From an uncultured Candidatus Saccharibacteria bacterium (GTDB lineage: Bacteria; Patescibacteriota; Minisyncoccia; Phycocordibacterales; EsbW-18), in NCBI GenBank assembly GCA_964447415.1, contig CAYUSN010000001.1, positions 185,727 to 249,726 on the forward strand: a stretch of DNA of 64,000 bases, given 5' to 3'. Of the stretch, positions 41,387-50,671 are shown in pieces. Position 1 is the stretch's first letter, and every line of letters begins with the position of its first letter. The notes under the pieces were generated by a model. It had not been told where the DNA came from. It saw nothing but the letters and a program-made list of their open reading frames with translations, and searched no databases. A program made the translations under genes and the position numbers.

Positions 41387-42161
41387 GTTGCGTGAAAGCC
41401 TCATGCTTGCCTCGCTTGGTGATGGGTGGTTGTATCGCGGAGTTTTGTTTTTAAAACTTTTTTTTAGATTCGGGTTTCATCCTATTTCGATGCATCTCCG
41501 TGCGAACGGTGTTTCATTCTTACTTTCTGTTCGTTCCCACGAAGAGCTGATGCTCTTGTACGAAATTTTCTGCCGTCGAATATACGACTTTTCCCTCGCG
41601 TCTGATGCGGAGTATGTGGTCGACTGCGGGGCAAACTGCGGCATATCCTCACTGTTTCTGTACACGTTGTATCCGAGCGCGCGTATTCTTGCCGTAGAAC
41701 CGAACCCCGCGCTTTTCCCGCGTCTCCAAGAAACGGTCCGGCCGTACAAAAACATACTACCCGTACAGTGTGCGGTCGGCGCCGTCGACGGAGAGGCTTC
41801 CTTCTTCGTCTCTCCGCATGCGACCACCGCGTCATCTCTTTTACAGCGTTCCTCCGAGGACAAAGAGTACAGAGTTCCGGTTAAAACACTTAAGACAATC
41901 CTAACTGAGCACGGATTTCCCCGTGTGGATGTGCTTAAGTTTGATATCGAGGGCGCTGAGGAACACCTGTTTACCGACTCTAATACGAAAGATAAGATAC
42001 GGTTTTGTGTGGGTGAGGTGCACGAAGATCTTATGGGTGTATCTTTACAAGAATTTTTGTCTACAGTGCAATCGGGTTTTAGTGTGTCTTTAGTGCCGAC
42101 AAAAAAACAAAAACGGTTTATTATGTCAGCACATACTATCGCAGAAAAAAGTAATCCATGA
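41355..42161 (+). CDS. FkbM family methyltransferase
   Basis: DCGANCG, VEPNP, LKFDIEGAE. Confidence 0.9.
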   Translation: MKIFLNRFLNRLRESLMLASLGDGWLYRGVLFLKLFFRFGFHPISMHLRANGVSFLLSVRSHEELMLLYEIFCRRIYDFSLASDAEYVVDCGANCGISSLFLYTLYPSARILAVEPNPALFPRLQETVRPYKNILPVQCAVGAVDGEASFFVSPHATTASSLLQRSSEDKEYRVPVKTLKTILTEHGFPRVDVLKFDIEGAEEHLFTDSNTKDKIRFCVGEVHEDLMGVSLQEFLSTVQSGFSVSLVPTKKQKRFIMSAHTIAEKSNP

Positions 42162-43054
42162 TTTCCGTAGTAATCGCAACATATAATCGAGCGCACACGA
42201 TAGCGCGATCACTTGAAAGCGTGCTGCGACAGACGCATCGCGACATCGAAGTATTGGTGATAGATGACGGCTCAATGGATGGAACTGATGAGGTAATAAG
42301 AAAAATTACTGACTCGCGCGTGCGATGTGTTAAATTGGAAAAAAATCAGGGGGCTTCTGTGGCACGCAACCGCGGGATTAAGGAGGCGAATGGGGACTAT
42401 ATTCTCATATGGGACAGCGATGATGTGCTGTACCCTAATGCATTGGAAAAAATTCTGGACGTTTTTAAAAAACACCCTGAATATTCCGTCGTGTCTGCTC
42501 CTGCACATGTGATGTCTGACGGCAGGGAGGTAAAATATCCGGAATTTTCTCAAGGGGAGGTTGTACTCGCTGATATTTTGCTCAAAAGACTTCCGAGCAA
42601 CGAGAAGATTCGTATCGCGAAAACATCCGTGATGAAACAGGTATCATACAAAGCCCGCAACATCGATTTTTTGGTAAACGTGGAACTAATTGAACAGGGC
42701 AGATGGTTCCATTTTCAGGAATATCTCGGAGAGGTATATAACGACTCAAAAAAAGGCTCGCTTACATCGCTTCGAAAAAAAAGAAGCGCACAGCGTTCCG
42801 TTGAACGCGCACCGTACCTTGCGCACTTTCTGGAAAAACACGGTGAATATCTCAAAAAAATAAGCCCGACACGATATGCCGACCACTGTTATGGTGCGGC
42901 GACGGGGTTTTTACTGATCGGTGACACATCGCGCGCGCGTCGGTATGCAAGAGACGCAGCAAAAAATCACCCGGTGTATATCTCATACTGGCTTCTATAC
43001 ACTCTGGCGTATCTGCCGGGTGGCTGGGTGGTCCTAAGGCTTTTTTACCGGTGA
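42158..43054 (+). CDS. Glycosyltransferase family 2
   Basis: SVVIATYNR, IDDGS.D, ARN.G, DSDD. Confidence 0.92.
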   Translation: MISVVIATYNRAHTIARSLESVLRQTHRDIEVLVIDDGSMDGTDEVIRKITDSRVRCVKLEKNQGASVARNRGIKEANGDYILIWDSDDVLYPNALEKILDVFKKHPEYSVVSAPAHVMSDGREVKYPEFSQGEVVLADILLKRLPSNEKIRIAKTSVMKQVSYKARNIDFLVNVELIEQGRWFHFQEYLGEVYNDSKKGSLTSLRKKRSAQRSVERAPYLAHFLEKHGEYLKKISPTRYADHCYGAATGFLLIGDTSRARRYARDAAKNHPVYISYWLLYTLAYLPGGWVVLRLFYR

Positions 43055-43086
43055 CAGGTCGAAGGGTGGTCAGAAGGATTATGCGA

Positions 43087-44358
43087 CTAAACAATATCTC
43101 TGATGTGTCTGTATGCTAAAAATTTGAACATACTCACAATAGTAATCATACGAAACACCTCCATTCCCAGAATTGCATACAGTGCACCGAGAATTCCATA
43201 CAGCGGAAGTAAAATAAAAAGAAGGACAATTTTTACCAAAGGAACAACTGTTTGGAGGACATACAAAGATCGCTGTTTCATCTGTCCGACGAGAAATTGC
43301 TGAAAAAGCGTTGCGGGGAAAAATAATATGACCAGTGAAAATATCTGCGAGTACCTGACAGCTTCCATATAGTCGGGAAAAAAGAGTTTAAAAAAAAGTG
43401 GTGCGACAAGTATATAAAAAATAACAATTACAATCGATACGAGAAACACCAGAAAAGCTTTGCGCGGTATTGATCTGTATAGATCAGATGTATTGGTACC
43501 GCTGAATTTCGGCAATGCCATCTGTGCGAGTAGCTTACTACCGAACCGAAGTTGTTGGGGAACGGCAAGTGCGATGACGTATAATGCCATTTGAAGAGCG
43601 CCGAGATAGTGGAATACCAACAGGCGGTCCATTTGGGTGGAGATCATCCCCAAAACATTCATGAGACTCAGATGTTTTCCGTACGAAAGCGTTTGGGCAC
43701 TGTGGGATTCTTGGGGTTTGAATTTTTTAATGACACCTATATATAAAAACATCGTGACGACAACACTTGTTCCAAAGAAAGCCAGTACCAAAAAAGGTGT
43801 TATCTCAGTGAGGAGTGCGGTAACACCTACGGCGAACATTGGTGCAATCGTTGCGATGATACCGTATTGTGTCTCGCGTCGGAAATCTTTTTTTCCAATC
43901 AAAAACGAGCTATAGAACCCTCCGCCTGAAAAGGGAAGAACAGCGCCAATAATAAAAAGGGACCAACCGAGCATCACATTGCCGTTTAAAAAGTAATAGA
44001 TGGAGATTCCCCATGCGACAATGGTCATAAGTACGCCCCACCGCATGAATGTCTTAAACCCGCCGATGAGTGCTCCTTCATTGCCTCGGGCGACTGCTTG
44101 TATGACAGCCGTTCCCATACCGGTGAGAGAGAATGCAGTTACAATACCCGCGAGTGATTGGACGAACTTGTACGTACCGAACGCTTCTTTTGAGATAACA
44201 TTAGCGAGTATAAGTGTCAGCAGAAAACCCGACCCCGCGCTGACCATGCGGCCGATGGTAATCCAAAAACCGCCTTTGGCGAGGTATACCATGTCAGTGC
44301 GGGTGTATTTTTCGCTCCACCGCAACGCATTTAACACCACCTCTTTTAGTGGATTCAT
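43087..44358 (-). CDS. Oligosaccharide flippase (Wzx-like)
   Basis: Many TM segments; polysaccharide export family pattern; glycan locus context. Confidence 0.85.
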   Translation of the reverse strand: MNPLKEVVLNALRWSEKYTRTDMVYLAKGGFWITIGRMVSAGSGFLLTLILANVISKEAFGTYKFVQSLAGIVTAFSLTGMGTAVIQAVARGNEGALIGGFKTFMRWGVLMTIVAWGISIYYFLNGNVMLGWSLFIIGAVLPFSGGGFYSSFLIGKKDFRRETQYGIIATIAPMFAVGVTALLTEITPFLVLAFFGTSVVVTMFLYIGVIKKFKPQESHSAQTLSYGKHLSLMNVLGMISTQMDRLLVFHYLGALQMALYVIALAVPQQLRFGSKLLAQMALPKFSGTNTSDLYRSIPRKAFLVFLVSIVIVIFYILVAPLFFKLFFPDYMEAVRYSQIFSLVILFFPATLFQQFLVGQMKQRSLYVLQTVVPLVKIVLLFILLPLYGILGALYAILGMEVFRMITIVSMFKFLAYRHIRDIV

Positions 44359-44470
44359 ATGAGTCGTAGTGTAACGTACACTGTTCCTTTTGTCCCTATT
44401 TCCAGTTCTTCTTGTGTGCTACCATCTCATTTGAAAATAAAGATAAAACGGTTGGATTTTTTTGGTGCCT

Positions 44471-45193
44471 ATGGAAAAAATATTTGATAGCAAGTACGGT
44501 AGATTTACATTTGATGTAAACACCAACATAAGAATGGCGCGTATTTTTGAAAAGACCGGTTTTTTTTATTCTGAAAATATCGACATAATGTTGAAACACG
44601 TCTCTTCCGACAGTGTTGTCTTCGATATAGGGGCACATGTGGGCACAACTGTTGTTCCTTTAGCCAAGGCCTCACGTAAGGTACATGCTTTTGAGCCGGT
44701 TCCGGAAAACAGGAAGTATCTCTATAAAAATATAGAGCAAAACAAAATAACCAATGTTGAGGTTCACGAATGTGCACTGGGGGCAAAAGAGGGAACGGTG
44801 ACCATGGTAACTCCCGAACCTACAAACACCGGCGCGTTCGAAATTAAGGAGGGGGGCACTGTGCCACTTAAAACATTGGATAGTCTTAATTTGGGTTATG
44901 TGGACTTTATTAAGATTGATGTAGAGGGGCACGAACCCGAAGTATTCGAAGGGGCAAAAAACACAATTGAACAGTACAAGCCCCTCATTTTTTTTGAGTT
45001 TTTTTTGCCGGGTCTGAGGAAAAACTACAAACACCCACTTACAAAAATTCGCAACGCCCTCAAAGGTTACAAATTTTATGTTAAAGGACACAGGTTCCTT
45101 TACTTATGGATGATTGTTTTTTGGTACGAACCAAGGCTGTTTTTAACCAACCGTGGGGGAATCGTACTTGACGTGCTCGCTGTCCCTCGTTGA
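44471..45193 (+). CDS. FkbM family methyltransferase (AT-rich)
   Basis: DIGAHVG, AFEP, IKIDVEGHE. Confidence 0.9.
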   Translation: MEKIFDSKYGRFTFDVNTNIRMARIFEKTGFFYSENIDIMLKHVSSDSVVFDIGAHVGTTVVPLAKASRKVHAFEPVPENRKYLYKNIEQNKITNVEVHECALGAKEGTVTMVTPEPTNTGAFEIKEGGTVPLKTLDSLNLGYVDFIKIDVEGHEPEVFEGAKNTIEQYKPLIFFEFFLPGLRKNYKHPLTKIRNALKGYKFYVKGHRFLYLWMIVFWYEPRLFLTNRGGIVLDVLAVPR

Positions 45194-45263
45194 AAAGTGT
45201 GAATAGCATCATTCCAAGAATATTTCTCGCCAAGGGTTTCCAACTGGGCATATAATGTATTGT

Positions 45264-45983
45264 ATGAATCCGAAAGAATTTTTTATTGCACATATTGCGC
45301 AGGAACTGGGGGTGGGGCAGGCGACGCGAATCGTGGATTTAGGCAGCGGACAGTCACGCAACTTCCTACCGCTTCTAAAACGATTCCCGAAACTCTTATA
45401 TGTCGGCGTGGAACCGCGAAAGGAAGATGCCGATGCCGCACAGGCGCTTCTTTCGCATTTTCCTAATGCGCGTATCTATAACCAACTTGCGTATGAACCG
45501 CTTCCTGATGAGGCGCCGTTTGATATCTGTGTATCCCTTAGCGTACTTGAACACGTGAAGCACCTTGAGTGGTTTTTAAAAAACAGCGTCCGGCTGACAA
45601 AAAACGGCGGACATATCATTCATCGCTACGATCTCGGTCACGCGCTTTCTCCGTCATCACTGAAGGAACGTCTGCAGGTTTTTTTGGGAAATAACCTTCC
45701 GTTTCTTTTGTCTGAGAAAAAATACGTGTGTTATCTTGACCCTGAAAAAGTCGGACACATTCTTGAACGAGAAGGGGCACACGTGACGCATACAACGTAT
45801 CACCAGATGCCAAATCATAAACGTTTCCTCCAAACGTTCGTTGCCGACTCGGAAGAAAAGAAGGCACTTACCGAGAGAATTCTTCAATGGGAACTTGATG
45901 TGTCACCCCACCTCTCGGGCATGTCTAAAACTGAGCGTGAGGCGCTGTTTCCTGCCATCGCGCTATGGGCGCAGAAGCGGTAA
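45264..45983 (+). CDS. Class I SAM-dependent methyltransferase
   Basis: VDLGSG, FD...SLSVLEHV. Confidence 0.8.
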   Translation: MNPKEFFIAHIAQELGVGQATRIVDLGSGQSRNFLPLLKRFPKLLYVGVEPRKEDADAAQALLSHFPNARIYNQLAYEPLPDEAPFDICVSLSVLEHVKHLEWFLKNSVRLTKNGGHIIHRYDLGHALSPSSLKERLQVFLGNNLPFLLSEKKYVCYLDPEKVGHILEREGAHVTHTTYHQMPNHKRFLQTFVADSEEKKALTERILQWELDVSPHLSGMSKTEREALFPAIALWAQKR

Positions 45984-46031
45984 CCCTATTTTCGGCGGAG
46001 TCTCTACCTGTGGTATAGTGTTTTCCGTATG

Positions 46032-46158
46032 CATCCCGTTAGAGATTACTCACGTATGTTCGTGTCTAATATTCAAAAAATGTCGACATATTGTTCGTGT
46101 GCACACGAGGGTGTGATAACGATGGAAACGCACCGCGTTTCTTATCTCTAACGGGATG
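46032..46158 (+). mobile_element. Empty CCCGTTAGAG-type inverted-repeat element (MITE-like) at a start codon
   Basis: Perfect 15-bp arms CATCCCGTTAGAGAT / ATCTCTAACGGGATG, directly after ATG 46029. Confidence 0.75.
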
Positions 46159-48411
46159 AAAAAAACACTTGAACGGGGAATCCTTTTTCTTCTGTTTTTG
46201 ATTCCGTTTGTTCCGTTTGTTGTTGCGCGGTCAATGTATTTCCCGTTTATCACGGGAAAGGCGTTCGCGTTCCGTGTTTTGGTCGGTATCGCACTTGCGC
46301 TCTGGCTTGCGCTTATGGTGTATGACCGGTCGTATGTTCCGAAGAAAAGCCCGGTGTTCTGGTCGGTGCTGCTGTTTTTCGGTGTGGTGGCTCTTGCGGA
46401 TATTTTCGGGGTAAATTTTGAGCGAAGTCTGTGGAGTAATTTTGAGCGCATGGAAGGACTCGTAACGTTTCTATATCTCTGTGCGTTTTTCCTGATGAGC
46501 TCTACGGTGTTAACAAAGACAAATAAGTGGCCGGCATTTTGGAATACGTCAATTGTTGCATCCGTCGGACTCGCATTCTTCGCACTTTTTCAGGTGATGG
46601 GATTTATCGGGATTTCTCAGGGCGGTGCGCGTGTGGATGCAACGCTTGGTAACTCCATCTATCTGGCGGTGTACATGCTCTTTCATATCTTCCTGACGCT
46701 CTGGTTGTTGTATGAAAAGCGCACATCACGTTCGCTCTCGATTTTTTACGCCGTGGCGGTGGTGCTGCAGACAGCGGCGTTGTACTACACCGGAACCCGC
46801 GGCGCGATGCTCGGACTTCTCGGGGGCCTGGGACTCTCAGCACTTCTCGTTGTGTGGCGTGGAAAAGAACACCCGCGGTTGAGAAAAATATCTCTTGGCG
46901 CGATGGTCGCTATTGTACTCGTGGTCGGTTTGTTTGCTTCCATCAAAAATACGCAGTTTGTGCAGGGAAGCGAAATGCTACGGCGTTTTACGAACATTTC
47001 ATTTACTGATGGAACAGTACAATCGCGCCTTGTGTTGTGGAGCGGTGTGGCGCTTCCCGGTTTTTACGAGCGGCCGATTCTCGGATGGGGGCAGGATAAC
47101 TTTATCGTGGTGTTCGGCAAACATTATGATGCGCGCATGTACAAACAGGAACCGTGGTTTGACCGTGCTCACAACGTGTTCTTCGACTGGCTCATTTCCG
47201 CCGGTATTCTCGGACTGCTGTCGTATCTCTCGCTGTTCGGAGTTGCACTTTTTGTGCTTTGGAAAAAATCAGCACATCTCTCTGTTCCTGAACGAAGCTT
47301 AGGTACGGGACTGCTTGCCGGTTACTTTGTGCACAACATTTTTGTGTTCGATAACCTTATCAGCTACATTTTTTTCCTTCTGTTTCTCGGATTTGTCGCA
47401 TCCGCATATGCACGGGAAGAAGGTGGTGCGGAACACAAGGAGACAAAAACAAGGGGTGCAGAGAGCCTTATCTCTGACCCGACACTTCGCAGAACGGCAG
47501 CTATCGGAACTTCTGTTATTGCGCTCGTTGCAATGTATGCAACTACCGTTCCGCACATTCAAGCGTCACAAAACATCATCAAAAGCATCACAGGACTGCA
47601 GGCGGGTGATTTTACGGGACCGCTTGAGCGTTTTGAAGATGCAATAGACGATCCGGTGGCGGACGAAGAGGCGCGGTTTCAGCTAAGCCGCGTTGCCTTT
47701 ACCGTCGCTGCGGCAACGAACCCAGCCGTGACGGAAGAGATAAAACAACAATACCTCCAAAAAACCTTTGAAGAACTCAAAAAAAGCGTCGCGGAAGACC
47801 CGACAAGTACCCGCCCGAAATATTTCCTTGCAACGTTTCACGCGCGCACGGGTAATTTTCCGGAAGCCATCCGCTTGTTCGGGGAACTACTTTCGGTGAA
47901 CCCTGACCGTCAGATATTTTTGAGCGAATACGGTCTTCTTCTTGAGCTGGTCGGTGATACACAGAAGTCAGAAGAAGTGCTGAAACACTTTCTTGAGATT
48001 TCTCCGGAAAGCGATGAGGCGGCAACACGGTACTCCGCGGTATTGTTTGCACATGGAAAAACAGCCGAGGCAAACGGCGTTCTCACGGAGTATACGGGGG
48101 AGATTCTCGGCGATCGCCCGATAGCACTCTCTGCATACCCGCGTCCTGCAAAATTTGAAGATGCGTTGAAAATCACAAGCTTTGAAGTCATGCGCCTCCA
48201 GCTTCGACGCGAGAATGTCGGGTTCGGCGAATACCTGGTGCGTATTCGTGACCTGGCAAACGGTGGAAATAAGACAGAGGCTTTGATTTTGACGGACGAT
48301 GCGGCTGCGTTCTATCCGGAATATACAGATAAAACCGATGCGTTAAAAACAGCGATTCGTGCAGGTAAAGAGATTGCAATTGAAGATCCGTCTTCCGCTC
48401 CGGCAAACTAA
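46156..48411 (+). CDS. O-antigen ligase/oligosaccharyltransferase family protein with C-terminal TPRs
   Basis: ERMEG, TLGN, TRGA, RPILGWG..NF, DRAHN; multiple TM. Confidence 0.88.
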   Translation: MKKTLERGILFLLFLIPFVPFVVARSMYFPFITGKAFAFRVLVGIALALWLALMVYDRSYVPKKSPVFWSVLLFFGVVALADIFGVNFERSLWSNFERMEGLVTFLYLCAFFLMSSTVLTKTNKWPAFWNTSIVASVGLAFFALFQVMGFIGISQGGARVDATLGNSIYLAVYMLFHIFLTLWLLYEKRTSRSLSIFYAVAVVLQTAALYYTGTRGAMLGLLGGLGLSALLVVWRGKEHPRLRKISLGAMVAIVLVVGLFASIKNTQFVQGSEMLRRFTNISFTDGTVQSRLVLWSGVALPGFYERPILGWGQDNFIVVFGKHYDARMYKQEPWFDRAHNVFFDWLISAGILGLLSYLSLFGVALFVLWKKSAHLSVPERSLGTGLLAGYFVHNIFVFDNLISYIFFLLFLGFVASAYAREEGGAEHKETKTRGAESLISDPTLRRTAAIGTSVIALVAMYATTVPHIQASQNIIKSITGLQAGDFTGPLERFEDAIDDPVADEEARFQLSRVAFTVAAATNPAVTEEIKQQYLQKTFEELKKSVAEDPTSTRPKYFLATFHARTGNFPEAIRLFGELLSVNPDRQIFLSEYGLLLELVGDTQKSEEVLKHFLEISPESDEAATRYSAVLFAHGKTAEANGVLTEYTGEILGDRPIALSAYPRPAKFEDALKITSFEVMRLQLRRENVGFGEYLVRIRDLANGGNKTEALILTDDAAAFYPEYTDKTDALKTAIRAGKEIAIEDPSSAPAN

Positions 48412-48668
48412 ACAGAAAGTGACGTTTCACGGTGTTGCTTTTAAAAACATTTCGTGATATACTGCTCGGCGTGAGTGCAGAAGCATGTTAAGCTTCTTCA
48501 CAGATGTTCTACAAAAGCTCCGCGCTCTGCGCGGGGTTTTTGTATTTTCAACGCTTAATTCACACACGCTTTTGTTGCCGATTACTGTTCGTATATACTG
48601 TGTGTACACAAATATTAGTAACTTTTTACCCGCGCTTCTGTACGGGTATATCTTTAATCTCAATTACT

Positions 48669-49148
48669 ATGCGAAAACCAACAGGACTTTCAATTTTACT
48701 CGGCATTATTCTCGGCGGTCTGTTCGGCGGACTTGTCTGGTACACGTACCGCTCAACGCTTGATACGGACGCGGCGCTTCTGGGCAGCAATACCTATGTC
48801 GCAACATTTCTCGACACAAACCAGGTGTTCTTCGGAAGGGTAACCTCGCTCGGATATGACTACGTGGTGCTCAAAGACGTGTACTATCTCCAGCAAACCG
48901 ATGCGGCAGGTCAGCAGGGATTTGTGCTCCAGAAAAGCGGTTCTGAATTACACGGTCCGCGTGATGAAATGCACATTAACCGGGACCATATCCTGCTTAT
49001 CCAGCCTCTCCGGGCCGATTCTCAGGTAATCGCGACCATAAAACAGTACGAGGAGAACCTTAAGAATGCGGATGCAACGCAACAGGAACAGCAGGCGCAG
49101 CCGACTGCTCCTGAGGTGCCCGAGGTAATGGAAGAAGTAACGGAATAA
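48669..49148 (+). CDS. Conserved hypothetical membrane-anchored protein
   Basis: TM; YVATFL..NQVFFG...DVYYL...GSELHGP. Confidence 0.7.
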   Translation: MRKPTGLSILLGIILGGLFGGLVWYTYRSTLDTDAALLGSNTYVATFLDTNQVFFGRVTSLGYDYVVLKDVYYLQQTDAAGQQGFVLQKSGSELHGPRDEMHINRDHILLIQPLRADSQVIATIKQYEENLKNADATQQEQQAQPTAPEVPEVMEEVTE

Positions 49149-49270
49149 CGGCAAAAACTTTTGTGCGACGACCCCCATAAATGTATAATGGGGGTCGTTT
49201 CTTTTTGTACACGGCCGGCGGCTGCACTCACATAGAACATCACTTGGAGCTTCGCACCCGCCGGTCATGT

Positions 49271-50281
49271 ATGGACGGAAAAACGAATGTTGTGCTTGCT
49301 CCGTATACCACCTTTCGAGTCGGCGGTCCCGCCGATATTTTTTATGAAGTCATTTCAGTTGAAGAACTGAAGAGTATAGTTCGTCGGCATCGCGGGGAAC
49401 GTATCACCGTGCTCGGCGGCGGTTCAAACGTATTGATATCCGATGCGGGAATACGCGGTGTGGTGATACGCATTGCAATTCCCGGCCGCGCATACGAAGA
49501 GGAAGGAGGAAGTATTCGCGCAGTCGTCGGTGCGGGAGAATCATGGGATGCGTTTGTTGCAGACTCGGTTGTAAAAAAGTATTCAGGACTTGAAAATCTT
49601 TCCGGAATTCCCGGAACCGTCGGCGCGTCGCCGATTCAAAACATCGGCGCCTACGGAACCGAAGTAAAAAATATCGTCGAGCGGGTTGAGGCGCTGAACT
49701 CGGAGACGTGTGAGGTTGAACAAATAAAGTGTGATGCGTGTGTGTTCGGATACCGCGACAGTTTTTTTAAAAAACCGGAGGGTAAAAAATATATCGTGAC
49801 TGGCGTTTCGTTTCGGCTCTCAAAGGAATTCGCACCGAACATCGCCTATAAGGACCTCGCGCTGTTTTTCGGTGATGCCATGCCGAATAATGCGCTGGCC
49901 GTTCGGGAGGCCGTGCTTTCTATAAGGAAAAAGAAATTTCCCGATATGCATGAAATAGGAACCGCCGGATCTTTCTTCAAAAACCCCGTTGTTTCCGAGG
50001 GTGTGTTTGCCTCGCTGCGTGAGCGGTACCCTGAGGTGCAGGGATATCCGTCCGGTGAGGGGCAGGTGAAAGTGTCACTGGCGTGGATACTGGATCACGT
50101 GCTGCATCTCAACGGTGTGGCGATGGGAAATATTTTTTTCAACCGCACACAACCGCTCGTGTTGTGTGCGCACAAGAGCGCGACAGCAGAAGAGATTGAT
50201 GCGGCGGCGAAAAACGTCGAGAGTATGGTGCACGACGCAACCGGCATTACTATTGAGCGTGAAGTACGCGCGCTTTCGTGA
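49271..50281 (+). CDS. murB: UDP-N-acetylmuramate dehydrogenase
   Basis: TTFRVGG.A, LGGGSN, GIPGTVGA.PIQNIGAYG, FGYRDS, AGSFFKNP. Confidence 0.96.
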   Translation: MDGKTNVVLAPYTTFRVGGPADIFYEVISVEELKSIVRRHRGERITVLGGGSNVLISDAGIRGVVIRIAIPGRAYEEEGGSIRAVVGAGESWDAFVADSVVKKYSGLENLSGIPGTVGASPIQNIGAYGTEVKNIVERVEALNSETCEVEQIKCDACVFGYRDSFFKKPEGKKYIVTGVSFRLSKEFAPNIAYKDLALFFGDAMPNNALAVREAVLSIRKKKFPDMHEIGTAGSFFKNPVVSEGVFASLRERYPEVQGYPSGEGQVKVSLAWILDHVLHLNGVAMGNIFFNRTQPLVLCAHKSATAEEIDAAAKNVESMVHDATGITIEREVRALS

Positions 50282-50448
50282 GTGAAGTGCGATGCGTGTG
50301 AAAGGTTATCCACACTTTTCTTCAAAACGCATTGTATTGTGATGTCATATGACCGATACTTTTATGTAGAACATACACACAACAGTTGTGTGTTCGTGTT
50401 GGTCGATGTTTACCAAACACTACTTAGTCGTGGTACCACGACAAACAT

Positions 50449-50529
50449 ATGGCAAAAAAGAAAAAAGCAGCAAAGAAGCGAAAAGTTGCTAAGAAAGCCA
50501 AGAAGACGGCAAAGCGACGCCGCGCGTAA
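50449..50529 (+). CDS. 26-aa Lys/Ala-rich basic peptide MAKKKKAAKKRKVAKKAKKTAKRRRA
   Basis: Intact mini-ORF with its own terminator at 50553-50578; below ORF-track cutoff. Confidence 0.7.
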   Translation: MAKKKKAAKKRKVAKKAKKTAKRRRA

Positions 50530-50671
50530 GCGCTCCGCTTTGTCCCACATACAAGAAATCCCCTTCGGGGGATTTTTTGTATACACGTATTTTAATATCC
50601 GTCCGTTAAAAGCGGGCATCACCGCCGAAAAGCGGGTTTTGTGGTATTATGTCCTGCATAAGCCTTAAAAT

